From a virus (taxonomy: Duplodnaviria > Caudoviricetes), in the IMG/VR virus record IMGVR_UViG_2974636896_000001, positions 1-64,000 of that record: 64,000 nucleotides of DNA; one strand, written 5' to 3'. This document shows, piece by piece, positions 17,745 through 28,357 of this stretch; the first letter of the stretch is position 1; each line of letters starts with the position of its first letter. The notes below the pieces were generated by a model, which was not told the DNA's origin, did no database searches, and worked only from the letters and a program-made list of their open reading frames with translations. The position numbers and the translations under genes were made by a program.

Positions 17745-17937
17745 AATTGTTGCTAAGAATAGTAGGAAGAAGGAGTTGTTTCCTCACAAATCATTCCCAT
17801 ACCGATTAGAAATTAAAACAGAAAAACGTATCTGTTGGTTTGAGTGTCATGATCATGCGATAAAAGAAATTAACCGTACAAAACTACAACCAAAAGAATA
17901 CACATACCAAGTATATCCAAAATACTTAAATGATTAA
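17533..17937 (+). CDS. basic hypothetical protein (Lys/Thr-rich N-terminus, FPYRL..CWF.C..H domain)
   Basis: C-terminal globular segment coupled to the next gene; true start uncertain. Confidence 0.55.
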   Translation: MENSKLNGTKTTRSKASSTPGRKKTSKTSSTNASVKTQVNLEKNLKKITTTPKAKAKTTSKKTTSRKKVAEIVAKNSRKKELFPHKSFPYRLEIKTEKRICWFECHDHAIKEINRTKLQPKEYTYQVYPKYLND

Positions 17938-18463
17938 TTTTGACCAAATAACAGTTATTGATGATTTTCTTCCTGAAGAACAGTTTCAACAAATTAGTTC
18001 TTTAGTTATGAATACATCTGAGAATAAATTTCCATTTTTTATTCAAAAAGATGTTGCTGATCATGATGAAACATCTGGTCCTTGGTCTTGGTATGCTACA
18101 CATACGTTCTTTATAGAAGATGAAGTTCATTGTGTACACTTTCCTTTAATTAAAGAATTATTTCTCAATAAGTTTAGAAATGAACTTAATATAATGAGTG
18201 GTATTATTCGAGTAAGAGCAAATTTTTATCCTTGGACATCAGAAGTAAAATCTCACAATTGGCATCAAGACTATCCAAATTTAAACAATAACGCCGCTCT
18301 ATTTTCGTTAAATACCTGTGATGGTCATACATCGTTCAAAAATGCAGGAGACATTGATAGTGTTGCAAATAGGATGATCTTCTTTAATGCACATCAAGAG
18401 CATTGTTCATCAACAACTTCCAATTCTTATGGAAGATATAACATCAACTTTAATTTTTTATGA
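17930..18463 (+). CDS. 2OG-Fe(II) oxygenase
   Basis: RVRAN, WHQD, LNTCDG.T, NRMIFF...H.S......R..INFN. Confidence 0.8.
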   Translation: MINFDQITVIDDFLPEEQFQQISSLVMNTSENKFPFFIQKDVADHDETSGPWSWYATHTFFIEDEVHCVHFPLIKELFLNKFRNELNIMSGIIRVRANFYPWTSEVKSHNWHQDYPNLNNNAALFSLNTCDGHTSFKNAGDIDSVANRMIFFNAHQEHCSSTTSNSYGRYNINFNFL

Positions 18464-18699
18464 GACCCCAAACCCGTGAATCGATGGAAAACCTTTGGTC
18501 AGCAAAATGGAACTTGCCAAAAGCAGCAAAACATGCTAACCTAACTCATAAGGAGATGAAAATCATCTTCAATGAGTATTGTGCCTTTCATCCTCCTACC
18601 TGGGAAATTGGTAACACCAAACAAATTGGTGTACTCTACATTGATGGGAGTGTGGCGGAATCGGTAGACGCACCAGACTTAAAATCTGTTGAGAATTAA
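18460..18699 (+). CDS. hypothetical protein (3' end overlaps tRNA-Leu)
   Basis: MRP.TR.SME.L..AKWNLPKAA..ANLT.KEMKI.FNEYC. Confidence 0.6.
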   Translation: MRPQTRESMENLWSAKWNLPKAAKHANLTHKEMKIIFNEYCAFHPPTWEIGNTKQIGVLYIDGSVAESVDAPDLKSVEN

Positions 18700-18730
18700 T
18701 CTCGTGGGGGTTCAAGTCCCCCCACTCCTA
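18646..18730 (+). tRNA. tRNA-Leu(UAA)
   Basis: GGGAGTG/CACTCCT acceptor, GGCGGAATCGGTAGACGC D arm, CAGA-CTTAAAA-TCTG, long variable arm, GGTTCAAGTCC. Confidence 0.93.
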
Positions 18731-18732
18731 TT

Positions 18733-19329
18733 ATGAACATTAAATTGTATACTGATCCAATTCCTTTTATATGCATTAGTGACGTATATGATGAAGTTGA
18801 ATTGAAATCAATTTGGCAAGAACTTGAATTTTTGAATTGCAATAATAAGTTATTAGATCCAGAAATGACAGCATCAGCAGTAAAAGATGATGTCATTATT
18901 AAAAAAAATAAAGGTGTATTTTTAGACAGTTTATATACTGATAGAAATTTTTCCAATATACTTACTGCAAATAGAAAAGTCTTCGACAGCAGTGTAATCA
19001 ATCAAGAAGATTCATGGTTTTTTAAAGACTTGTGTTCTAATAATGATTGCACATTAATCTCTTATTACGAGCAAGGTGATTATTATAAACCTCATAAAGA
19101 TAATGCTCTTGTAACTATTTGTACTTGGTTTTATAAGGAACCTAAAAAATTTACTGGTGGAAATTTTTACTTTGTAGATTATGATATTCAAATAGAAATT
19201 CAAACTAATAGTTCGGTAATATTTCCTTCACAAATAAAACATGCTGTTGATACCATAGATATGAATACCAACGATCAACACAGCGGTCTTGGTCGATATT
19301 GTATGTCTCAATTTTTAAATATAGAATGA
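18733..19329 (+). CDS. 2OG-Fe(II) oxygenase (prolyl-4-hydroxylase-like)
   Basis: YYEQGDYYKPHKD, F.GG.F.F, FPS..KHAV, R. Confidence 0.85.
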   Translation: MNIKLYTDPIPFICISDVYDEVELKSIWQELEFLNCNNKLLDPEMTASAVKDDVIIKKNKGVFLDSLYTDRNFSNILTANRKVFDSSVINQEDSWFFKDLCSNNDCTLISYYEQGDYYKPHKDNALVTICTWFYKEPKKFTGGNFYFVDYDIQIEIQTNSSVIFPSQIKHAVDTIDMNTNDQHSGLGRYCMSQFLNIE

Positions 19330-19856
19330 TGGAACCTAAAGTATACAAGTCAAATACAATTATCAATCACCAAGCAGAAATGATTGATGTTATTGAATAT
19401 TCCCTGAATATTCATAAACAATATTTTGGCAGTGGCACACCAACATGGACATACAAAGGTTATAATACGTTTGCATTAACATCTCCATCAATACTATTTC
19501 ATGATTTGTATTGTGAACTAAAACAGATTATTAGGGAAACTGTACCTAATGAAAATAAACTTTGGATGCAATCATGGATTAACTATCATACTGAAGAAAA
19601 AATTCTTGGATGGCATAAACATAACTGGCCAATTCATGGGTATATTTCTATTCAACCTCACAAATCTAGGACAGTGTTTCGTGAATATGAAATTATTAAT
19701 GAAATAGGAAATATCTATATTGGTAGTGGTCATCAAGAACATAAGGTAGTATTTGATGAAGTGTTTGATACTCCAAGAATTACTTTAGGTTATGATGTAT
19801 TATTTGAAAGTGATCTAACAGAAGTATATGATAATATTGGGTTAATACCTCTATGA
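19326..19856 (+). CDS. putative 2OG-Fe(II) oxygenase
   Basis: QSWINYH, WHKH, H.V, PRITLGYD. Confidence 0.6.
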   Translation: MMEPKVYKSNTIINHQAEMIDVIEYSLNIHKQYFGSGTPTWTYKGYNTFALTSPSILFHDLYCELKQIIRETVPNENKLWMQSWINYHTEEKILGWHKHNWPIHGYISIQPHKSRTVFREYEIINEIGNIYIGSGHQEHKVVFDEVFDTPRITLGYDVLFESDLTEVYDNIGLIPL

Positions 19857-20329
19857 AAAAAATATTATTTGTAGAAAATTTTCTATCTCAAGAAGAATGT
19901 GAATTTTGTATCAATTTTTTTGATAGTAAGATGGGCGACTCTTTTCAATATGGAGACAATAACACCACTCCTTTAGATTTATTGCCTTATGAAAAAGATT
20001 TTAGTATTTTTAATGAAAGAACTATAAATTTATGTAAATCTTTATATCCATCTGAATACACTATTAGTAATAATGAATTAGTTAAGTGGTATCCTGGAAT
20101 ATCATCAATGAAGTTGCACTTAGACTTTTCTACTGATATTTGGAGTGCTATTGTATACTTGAATGATGGATACTATGGTGGTAAAACTTTCTTTGAAAAC
20201 ACTATGGAAATTACTCCAAAGAAAGGATCGATAGTTTTATTTTCTGGTAGTAAAATACCTCATGGTGTAACCCCACTTATAAATGGTAATAGGTACACTT
20301 TAGCATATTGGATTTCTGAAAATGTTTGA
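19853..20329 (+). CDS. 2OG-Fe(II) oxygenase (prolyl-4-hydroxylase-like)
   Basis: ENFLS.EEC, LHLD, IVYLND.Y.GG.T.F, PKKG...F, HGV......RYTLAYW. Confidence 0.88.
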   Translation: MKKILFVENFLSQEECEFCINFFDSKMGDSFQYGDNNTTPLDLLPYEKDFSIFNERTINLCKSLYPSEYTISNNELVKWYPGISSMKLHLDFSTDIWSAIVYLNDGYYGGKTFFENTMEITPKKGSIVLFSGSKIPHGVTPLINGNRYTLAYWISENV

Positions 20330-20978
20330 ACTTGGTAAATGGAATGTATACACAGAAGATTTTATGGGTAGTAGAATCTACTACATTGAAAATTTTTATA
20401 AAAATCCAGAATTGGTAAGACAACTTACCTTAAATCCTTTACCAAAATTATGGAAAGTTGATACTGCTCCAAATGGTTGTTATTACTGGGATAGACGTTT
20501 AGAAGCGCATATTCCCGATGATCCTCAAATCGATAAAAATTATGAGTATCTAGAGAGACTTATAGGTCAACGTAGAAGTGAAGAAGCAGATGGTGGATAC
20601 GAATTTATTAGTAATGTAACTAGATATCTCAAACATTCATACAACAATATCGAAACTCATCATTGGTGGCCCCATACAGATGCTGGATATAATGGAATTA
20701 TATCTTTGAATAATGAATGGGGTGACAAAGAACTACCTGGTACAGCATTATATCATCCTGATGATGTTCAAGATTTCACTGGTATGACTCATGAAGGGCA
20801 AACTCCATGGATGCCTAAGGGTATGTATCGCCTTGTCAAAGATGTTAAAGCAGTGTATAATAGATGTGTGTTGTTTGATGGTAAGTTATTCCCTCATGGA
20901 ATGCACATAAATGATCATAGATTCTTTGAAGATATTTACAGAGTCAACCAAGTCCTATTTTTTGAACGCTATGAGTAA
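20322..20978 (+). CDS. 2OG-Fe(II) oxygenase-like protein
   Basis: ENFYKNP..VR, PHTD, GT.LY, YNR.VLFDG...HG, R.NQV.F. Confidence 0.75.
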   Translation: MFELGKWNVYTEDFMGSRIYYIENFYKNPELVRQLTLNPLPKLWKVDTAPNGCYYWDRRLEAHIPDDPQIDKNYEYLERLIGQRRSEEADGGYEFISNVTRYLKHSYNNIETHHWWPHTDAGYNGIISLNNEWGDKELPGTALYHPDDVQDFTGMTHEGQTPWMPKGMYRLVKDVKAVYNRCVLFDGKLFPHGMHINDHRFFEDIYRVNQVLFFERYE

Positions 20979-21129
20979 AAAATCATTTAAGAATAAGCAC
21001 CAGCAGCAATGGGAGTGGGAAGAAACTCCTGAAACTAAGGCAGCAATTGCTGCTCTCCATGAAGGTATTCGTCTCCGCAACTTAAAAGAACAAGACGATA
21101 AACTAAATTATGACACAAGTTCTAAGTGA
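20971..21129 (+). CDS. hypothetical protein
   Basis: MSKKSFKNKH..QWEWEETPET; ATG overlaps the upstream stop. Confidence 0.5.
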   Translation: MSKKSFKNKHQQQWEWEETPETKAAIAALHEGIRLRNLKEQDDKLNYDTSSK

Positions 21130-21322
21130 GTATGATTTTGATGGGAGACCTGTCACAGCGGTAGGTCTTCTACTCTTAATTAGTGATTTAGAAGGATCTT
21201 CCCAAAATCTCAAATATATGGGATTCAAGGAAGACATGGACGCCATTAATGAAATGAAGAAGAGATATTATAAACTCTACTTCAAAACAAAAAAGGAGGA
21301 GAATCTTAATGGAAGAGAATGA
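21110..21322 (+). CDS. hypothetical protein
   Basis: ORF in a tightly packed run. Confidence 0.55.
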   Translation: MTQVLSEYDFDGRPVTAVGLLLLISDLEGSSQNLKYMGFKEDMDAINEMKKRYYKLYFKTKKEENLNGRE

Positions 21323-21475
21323 AATACCCAAAGAATTACAAGAAGAATGGGAATCATACCTTGCAACATGCGATTCTTTCGGTATCGCTCCTAGCATTCG
21401 TCGCTTTCTAAGATACAATGAACTCTTCCCTCCTGACGAGTATAAATAAACTTGTAGCAAATGGTGTGATTATTC

Positions 21476-22834
21476 GTGGGAACCCGTAAAATTTCTCAGT
21501 TAGATACAATCGCAGATGCGAACCTATCGGGTGAAGCAATTCTTCCTGTTGTCGTGTCTGACCCCTTGATTCCTAACCGTAAGGTAAAGGTCAATCAACT
21601 TTTCAAGGGAATTTCTCAAGGTTCAAAAGCAGAACCTGGTTTGTGTTTTGACTTGGATAGAGATACGGGTCTATATCAAGATGCATATGATCAGATTGGT
21701 ATAGGTTTTGGTGATGGTGGACTTTATATGTCCAGAATCGAGAACACTGCTACTAGTTCTTCTCTTTATATTACTGCTACTGATGAAACTTCAGTAAACG
21801 CTGATATTGTATTATCTCCTAAGGGTACGGGTTCTGTTAAAGTTACAGGCAATTTTGTTGTATCTGATCAAACTTTTATTCTTGAAGATGCACAAGGTCC
21901 AAGAGTTAGATTTGAAGCAGGTTTAGTTGGTACTGGTACTACTACCAGAATCATGACATTCCCCGCTATCACTGCTGGTAGTGGAACTACATTAGTTGGT
22001 GATGATACTACACAAACTCTTAGAAATAAAACACTTCTTATTGATGAAGATAATCTTGTAATTGTTGATGGAGATGAAGAAGCAGTATTTCAGATTAACT
22101 GGGCACAGACTTCGGATACTCGTCGTTCTTATTTCTTACCTGATGCTGGAGCAGTAACTACTACCAACGAACCTACTGCAACTTCTTCTACACTACTTGA
22201 TACTAAGGCAGAACAAACTATTCTGAATAAAACCTTAGTTGACCCTAAGTTTGCAACAAACTCCGAATCTGGAACATTTTGGGCACAATTAAATACTGAT
22301 GCTCTAACTGCAAATAGGACTATTATAGTTCCTGACCTAAGTCTTACTTTAGTTGGTGTTGATACTACTCAAACTCTAACTAATAAAACTATTAAGACTC
22401 TTATCTTAGCAGATCCTACGGATGACACTAAGAGAATTACATTTAACACAGAGAATTTAAATACAGCATCTAACAGGGTATATCAGTTTCCTCCTACTGC
22501 AAACCTAAATACAAATGTTGATGATAAAAATCTCTTTGTTACCGAGTTAGCAACTCAAGAGGTATCTAACAAAACGTTAGTTCTACCTAAGATTGCAGAT
22601 GCTATAACTCCTTACGATGAAAATACCGATACGTTTGGTTCAACTCCTACCTACTTAACTATTCGTACTGACAATTTGACTGCAAATAGAGAAATTCGTT
22701 TCCCAGATGCAGATGCAACATTACTTTCTACGGAAAACGTTACTGCTGAGGATGTTACCTTTGGTGCTGGTATCGGCGGTCAAACTTTAACTGGTAGAAC
22801 CAGACAACAACAATTTTTCTACGCAGGATTCTAA
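21476..22834 (+). CDS. virion structural / tail-fibre-associated protein
   Basis: TRKISQL start, repeated T.QTL.NKT and LTANR.I..PD...TL units; late promoter TATAAATA at 21441. Confidence 0.75.
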   Translation: MGTRKISQLDTIADANLSGEAILPVVVSDPLIPNRKVKVNQLFKGISQGSKAEPGLCFDLDRDTGLYQDAYDQIGIGFGDGGLYMSRIENTATSSSLYITATDETSVNADIVLSPKGTGSVKVTGNFVVSDQTFILEDAQGPRVRFEAGLVGTGTTTRIMTFPAITAGSGTTLVGDDTTQTLRNKTLLIDEDNLVIVDGDEEAVFQINWAQTSDTRRSYFLPDAGAVTTTNEPTATSSTLLDTKAEQTILNKTLVDPKFATNSESGTFWAQLNTDALTANRTIIVPDLSLTLVGVDTTQTLTNKTIKTLILADPTDDTKRITFNTENLNTASNRVYQFPPTANLNTNVDDKNLFVTELATQEVSNKTLVLPKIADAITPYDENTDTFGSTPTYLTIRTDNLTANREIRFPDADATLLSTENVTAEDVTFGAGIGGQTLTGRTRQQQFFYAGF

Positions 22835-22843
22835 TTTATAACA

Positions 22844-24268
22844 ATGGCAAGACAAGGACTTCTCGCACAAAGCAAACCAGCAGCAACGACGGATACACTT
22901 TTGTATTCTACATCGGTGGATGAATCTGCATCGGCAGTGCTTAAAATTGCGAATGATGGTACAGGCGCAGCATACAGAGTTGCAGTTAGAGACTACGATC
23001 AAAAGTTAGTCCTTGATGCATCTACCTACAAACTTCACAAAGGCGATGTTATCACCAGTTATAGGGTGAATGTTGACACCGCATTTGCAGCATCAGTTTT
23101 TACCCCTGGTCAACTTTTGACCAGCGTTGATAGTGAAAAAACTTTGAAATTTGAGTCTGTTTTTATTCCAGATCTTACTACAATTTTTGTTAAAGAAGCG
23201 GAGATACGAGATCTCTCTACAGAATCTTTTACAGGAACATTTGCAGTAGGTGATACTATCACTAAGGGTACTGGTAGTGACACTACGACAGCAGTTGTAT
23301 TTTCTGCCTCTACTGATGGTGAATTCTTAGGTATTGGACCTTCTACTATTAATGGAAGTGGTGCTGAATTTACTGATGGTGATGAAATAAGTAGCACTAG
23401 TGGTGGTGCTTCAACTATTTCTGTTGGTGGTATTGGTACTGGTGTAGATAAATTTATTTTCTCTAATACTTCTGGTGGAGTTTATAGCAAAACTGTTGGT
23501 GATGTTTTTGGTGACAGGACATACAGATTTGATGTCGCAGATAGTTCCATGAGTGGAAGATTGTTCCAACTTTCTACAACTGAAGGCGGTGAATTTGGTC
23601 CTGACCTTGCATCTGGCACTGCTGATGATGGTACTGAATATGTAACTGGTAAGACAACAAATGGCACCGCAGGTTCTAGTGGTGCATATGTTCAATTTGA
23701 CTTTGCAGTAAATGCAACGCCACCCGCAACTTTATACTACTATGATGATACTGTAGCAGCATATGGTGGTGTTGATGAGGCATTTAGTGTGTCCACATCC
23801 TTCACTTACGATGAATTTTTTGCGTTTGACCTGAGTGGTACATGGTCAAATACTACAGATTCTTTTGAAGTTGGTGGTATTACTTATACTATCGAATCTC
23901 AAACAGCAGGTCCATATGGAACAGTTGTTGATTACACTGGAACTGCATTAAAAGTTATTCTTGGGGTAGGTTCTGCTGAATTTGCAGGTTCTGATACATT
24001 TTCTGATGTTCCTAAGAGTAATACAGCAGATAGGACTGATGTAACTGTAAGTTCTGTTACTACTGCACAGGCAGCGATCGATACTGATACTTATATTGCA
24101 GTTGATTCAGCGTTGTCTGCTAATGCAGTAGATAATGTGACATCATTGGTTGTCGGTCCTGGTCAAAGAGTACATGTTTACTCAGCAACTCAAAATAATG
24201 TATTCTCCTTAATTGGTTTTGAAGATGTGAGTTCCGAGTTTACAACTCGTGTATTCGGTCAGTCCTAA
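22844..24268 (+). CDS. virion structural protein
   Basis: Thr/Gly/Ser-rich beta protein with TYRFD..DSS and G..GSSGAYV....P..LYYY motifs typical of cyanophage structural proteins. Confidence 0.7.
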   Translation: MARQGLLAQSKPAATTDTLLYSTSVDESASAVLKIANDGTGAAYRVAVRDYDQKLVLDASTYKLHKGDVITSYRVNVDTAFAASVFTPGQLLTSVDSEKTLKFESVFIPDLTTIFVKEAEIRDLSTESFTGTFAVGDTITKGTGSDTTTAVVFSASTDGEFLGIGPSTINGSGAEFTDGDEISSTSGGASTISVGGIGTGVDKFIFSNTSGGVYSKTVGDVFGDRTYRFDVADSSMSGRLFQLSTTEGGEFGPDLASGTADDGTEYVTGKTTNGTAGSSGAYVQFDFAVNATPPATLYYYDDTVAAYGGVDEAFSVSTSFTYDEFFAFDLSGTWSNTTDSFEVGGITYTIESQTAGPYGTVVDYTGTALKVILGVGSAEFAGSDTFSDVPKSNTADRTDVTVSSVTTAQAAIDTDTYIAVDSALSANAVDNVTSLVVGPGQRVHVYSATQNNVFSLIGFEDVSSEFTTRVFGQS

Positions 24269-24299
24269 ATAACAATATAAGAAAGACCTCTAAGAAGAA

Positions 24300-27200
24300 A
24301 TGGCTCTTACTAGACTAAAGAATATTATTACGTCCAGAACTGGACGTATTATCTATGTTAACCCCGACGATTTCGATGCATCCGATGCTATCGATAATAG
24401 GGGAAACTCAGCGTTACGACCCTTTAAGTCTATTCAAAGAGCGTTTCTTGAGGTAGCGAGATTCTCGTATCGTGTTGGTTTATCAAATGACGAATTTGAT
24501 GCCTTCTCGATTATGCTGTATCCAGCAGAATATATTGTTGACAACAGACCTGGTGAAGTTTTATATACAAACGTTGCTCCCATTGATGAGAACTCAAACT
24601 TAGATTTGACTTCTCCAAACAATGTTCTACATAAATTTAATTCGGTAGAAGGTGGTATCATTGTTCCTAGAGGTTGTTCCCTCGTTGGTACTGATCTTCG
24701 CCGTACAAAAATTATTCCTAAGTATGTTCCATATCCTACAGTAGCAGGTAGTCTTGGAATTACCGATGAAATTCAAGTTCCTCCTCGTACTGCTGTCTTT
24801 AAGGTAACTGGTGGTACTTACTTCTGGCAATTCTCATTCTTTGATGGTGCTGAAGAGGGTGTATATTACAAACCTGATAGCACTGATACTCTCGCACCTA
24901 AGTATTCTCATCACAGACTTACATGCTTTGAGTTTGCTGATGGTCTCAATCCTTTATCAACTCTTATTGCTAGTGGTACTGTTCCTAATCAGGACTATTC
25001 TGCCGTTGCAAATATCACTCAGAGGACAGACTTAGAGATTTATTATCAGAAAGTTTCTAAAGCATTTGCATCAATTCCTGATACATCGGGAGATCCTGCT
25101 GCCGACCAAATTCAGGCAAGAGTAGAAGAGAATAGAATTGTTGGTCCTATTTCGGATGAATATAGAGTCCTTCAAATCACTCGTAATGGTAATACTGCAA
25201 CCGCAGTTACTGTTGATGAATTTGATAATCCTAGAGACCATGGTTTCTCGGTTGGTGTTAACATTAATATTTCTGGAGTTACTGGATCTACTGGAACTCA
25301 ATCAGAACTAGATGCTGGTGTATACAATGGTTCTTATACTGTAACTTCTGCATCTGGCAATATTTTTACATATCAGATGACATCTGAACCAACTGGTAAT
25401 GCTGTTGGTACTAACATCACTGTTAAGACTGAGATTGATACTGTTGACTCTGCATCACCATATGCGTTTAACTTGTCACTGAGAAGTGTCTGGGGCATGA
25501 ATGGTATGCACGCCGATGGATCTAAGGCAACTGGATTTAAGTCCATGGTTGTAGCTCAATTCACGGGATTGTCCCTGCAAAAAGATGATAGAGCATTCGT
25601 AAGATATAATGAATCTACTGGTAATTATGATGTTGCTTCTGCTGGTGATGGTGCTCACTTAGATGGTTTTGCTGAATATAGAAGAGGATGGGCACACGAG
25701 CATATTAAGTGCTCTAATGACTCCTTCATTCAAGCAGTTTCTGTGTTCGCTGTTGGATATGGCACACATTTCACTGCTGAGAGTGGTGCTGACATGTCTA
25801 TTACCAACTCAAACTCTAACTTTGGTAACACTGCTCTTCGTGCTGCTGGTTTCAAAGCAAAATCATTCTCAAAAGATAAAGCAGGCGAAATCACACACAT
25901 CATCCCACCAAAAGCACTTTCAACCATTTCTACATCTGCAACAGGAGTTGATGGGGAAAGCACGATCACACTTACTAATGATGGTTCTGTGAATGGTGTT
26001 ATTCAAGGTATGCAAGTTAGTGGTAGTAATATTGGTTCTGGTGCTCTTGTAACCTCAATTAACACCAATACTAGAGTTATTACACTATCTGTTCCTAATG
26101 CTGATACTGTGAATGGTAATATCATTTTTGGAGAAGAAACTTCAGTTAACTGGGTAAACATTGATATCCAAAGAACTAAAGTAGTTAACCAATCTTTATC
26201 TGGTTCTGGTGGTACTCCTGGTACTAGATTGTATCTTTATGGGTATACTACTGAAGCATCCCCTCCAGCAACAAAAGTTCAGGGTTATGCAATTGGTTCT
26301 AGACAAGATGGAACAGGTGCTTCTGCTGTTGCGGATAAAATTAACTGCTTACTTGTATCTCAGGGAGCAGCAGAAGCAACAATTAAGAATGCTTCTATTT
26401 CGCCATACGGTCCTTCTGTATCTGGTCTTTCTGCTGGTGTAACTGGTTCTCCAATACAATTTGATAGCAATACCTATACAATTGGAGGTGTTTCTGGAGT
26501 CGTTGGTGGTTGGTATCTCTCTGTAAGTTCTACAGAAAACTCTATCTACACAACCCTATCTACAAATACTACATACAACAACGTAAACTTTACTCCTACA
26601 ACTTTTATTAAGAGAATTGCTGACGCAAGAGACTTGCAGGATAGAACTTTCCGTATTCGTCTTAAGATTGATAAGGATAAGACTAATCCTCTTCCTCGCG
26701 ATCCTCTCTCTGGTTATGTCATGCAACCTTTGAATAGTGATACAACAACGTATAATCTAGATAAAACATTCTATATTTACGATATCGAAAAAACTCAAGA
26801 GTTTGAACGAGGTGTTACAGATGGAATCTACTACATTACCCTGCTATGTGCATCTATTGCACCTACAACTTCTAACTTCAACAACAGGAAGTTCTCTCAA
26901 AACGTCAACGAAGTGTATCCTACGTTTGACAGAGACAACCCTGTTGCTGACCCTGATGCTTCGGTATCCGTCGCTGACAATGAAACTATCGGTTTAGTAT
27001 ATGCTACTGATGGTGCATCACCTACACCTAATAAAGATCCTAAGCGTTCTATTACTAAAGAAGGAATCGAATTCCTTTTGACTGACAATGGTTGGACACA
27101 ACCAGGCACAACTCCAAACTATGATTCTGTAAATAAGAGACTGTCTAATGTTGAATTAACAGCACGTTCTGGTGATGAAGAATCCAGAAAAATTAATATT

Positions 27201-28331
27201 CGTGAAAATAATGATGGAACAGTTGCTCCAATTCCAGTTGAGTTCAGAAGACACTCAATCCTTCGCTCAGGTAACCATACCTTTGAGTATCTTGGATTCG
27301 GTCCTGGTAACTACTCAACTGCATTCCCTCAGACTCAAGTAGAGACGCTATCTACAGACCAGATTAAGTTCTCTCAGTCTATTAAAGAAGAAGCAGGTGT
27401 TGCATTCTACTCAGGTCTTAACTCTAATGGTGACCTATTCATTGGTAACCAGGTAATCAACCCTGTTACGGGACAGATTACGAACGAAGATATTGCACAA
27501 CTTAATGTTGTTGGTGAAGAGAATACAACGATTGAAACATTCTCTGAGTTGGTGTTGACTGATAAACTTACTGTTGTTGGTGGTGCATCTAACCAGTTAG
27601 AATCTATTTTCTCTGGTCCTGTTACTTTTGCTGGTCAAGTTTCTTCTACTAATAATATTACTGCTAAGAAGATTACTTATAATAACCAAGATGGTACGAT
27701 CATCAAACAAACTCTACTTGCACCCGAAGATGCAAATGGATTCCCTGATTTCACCAACATTACTGGGTATGATACACCTTCTGATGGAGACTTAGTTTAT
27801 AATACAAACTGGTCTCCTGGTAAGTCTCTTGGTTGGATTTATTATGCTGGAGATTGGAAAGAATTTGGTTTAACTGATACAAAACAAATTAACATTGCAA
27901 CTCATAATGATTCAAATGGAGACCCTCAACAACATATGGGTCTTGGTATTGCAACTAGTGCAGATCATAGACTAAATGTTCTTGGTAATGTAAAAATTGA
28001 TGGTAATTTACTTACCACAGGCACTGGTGGTATTGCTGCTGATAAGTACATCACAAGAACTTATCGTGCGGGTGATACCGATGAACCTAACGGTACTAGA
28101 ACTATCTTCCCAATTACAACTTATACTGGTGGTGTTAAGCACACTGCAAGTTCTCTTCTTATTATGTTGAATGGTGTCGTACAAGTGGGTGGAACAGAAA
28201 CTGAAGTAAATACAGATAGCGCAGCAAGTTACTATGTTGATAGTAATGGTCAAAACGTTGTGTTTGGTAGCACTGTTGGGGATGCTCCGTTATCTACTGA
28301 CGTTCTTCATATTATTGAATTGCCTATCTAA
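24300..28331 (+). CDS. long tail fibre / structural protein
   Basis: MALTRL.N, YV.P.D.DA.D...N.G.S..RPF..IQRA..E.AR, PRG.S.VG.DLR.T, SI.RSG.HTFEY.G.GPGNYST.FP; late promoter CTAAATA at ~24265. Confidence 0.8.
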   Translation: MALTRLKNIITSRTGRIIYVNPDDFDASDAIDNRGNSALRPFKSIQRAFLEVARFSYRVGLSNDEFDAFSIMLYPAEYIVDNRPGEVLYTNVAPIDENSNLDLTSPNNVLHKFNSVEGGIIVPRGCSLVGTDLRRTKIIPKYVPYPTVAGSLGITDEIQVPPRTAVFKVTGGTYFWQFSFFDGAEEGVYYKPDSTDTLAPKYSHHRLTCFEFADGLNPLSTLIASGTVPNQDYSAVANITQRTDLEIYYQKVSKAFASIPDTSGDPAADQIQARVEENRIVGPISDEYRVLQITRNGNTATAVTVDEFDNPRDHGFSVGVNINISGVTGSTGTQSELDAGVYNGSYTVTSASGNIFTYQMTSEPTGNAVGTNITVKTEIDTVDSASPYAFNLSLRSVWGMNGMHADGSKATGFKSMVVAQFTGLSLQKDDRAFVRYNESTGNYDVASAGDGAHLDGFAEYRRGWAHEHIKCSNDSFIQAVSVFAVGYGTHFTAESGADMSITNSNSNFGNTALRAAGFKAKSFSKDKAGEITHIIPPKALSTISTSATGVDGESTITLTNDGSVNGVIQGMQVSGSNIGSGALVTSINTNTRVITLSVPNADTVNGNIIFGEETSVNWVNIDIQRTKVVNQSLSGSGGTPGTRLYLYGYTTEASPPATKVQGYAIGSRQDGTGASAVADKINCLLVSQGAAEATIKNASISPYGPSVSGLSAGVTGSPIQFDSNTYTIGGVSGVVGGWYLSVSSTENSIYTTLSTNTTYNNVNFTPTTFIKRIADARDLQDRTFRIRLKIDKDKTNPLPRDPLSGYVMQPLNSDTTTYNLDKTFYIYDIEKTQEFERGVTDGIYYITLLCASIAPTTSNFNNRKFSQNVNEVYPTFDRDNPVADPDASVSVADNETIGLVYATDGASPTPNKDPKRSITKEGIEFLLTDNGWTQPGTTPNYDSVNKRLSNVELTARSGDEESRKINIRENNDGTVAPIPVEFRRHSILRSGNHTFEYLGFGPGNYSTAFPQTQVETLSTDQIKFSQSIKEEAGVAFYSGLNSNGDLFIGNQVINPVTGQITNEDIAQLNVVGEENTTIETFSELVLTDKLTVVGGASNQLESIFSGPVTFAGQVSSTNNITAKKITYNNQDGTIIKQTLLAPEDANGFPDFTNITGYDTPSDGDLVYNTNWSPGKSLGWIYYAGDWKEFGLTDTKQINIATHNDSNGDPQQHMGLGIATSADHRLNVLGNVKIDGNLLTTGTGGIAADKYITRTYRAGDTDEPNGTRTIFPITTYTGGVKHTASSLLIMLNGVVQVGGTETEVNTDSAASYYVDSNGQNVVFGSTVGDAPLSTDVLHIIELPI

Positions 28332-28357
28332 ATACTACTGGAGCATTATAGTACAAG

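Noticed and set aside
18646-18730. Group I intron in tRNA-Leu(UAA), or the tRNA as an integration site
   Set aside because: The anticodon loop is uninterrupted, and no duplicated tRNA 3' end or integrase is visible.
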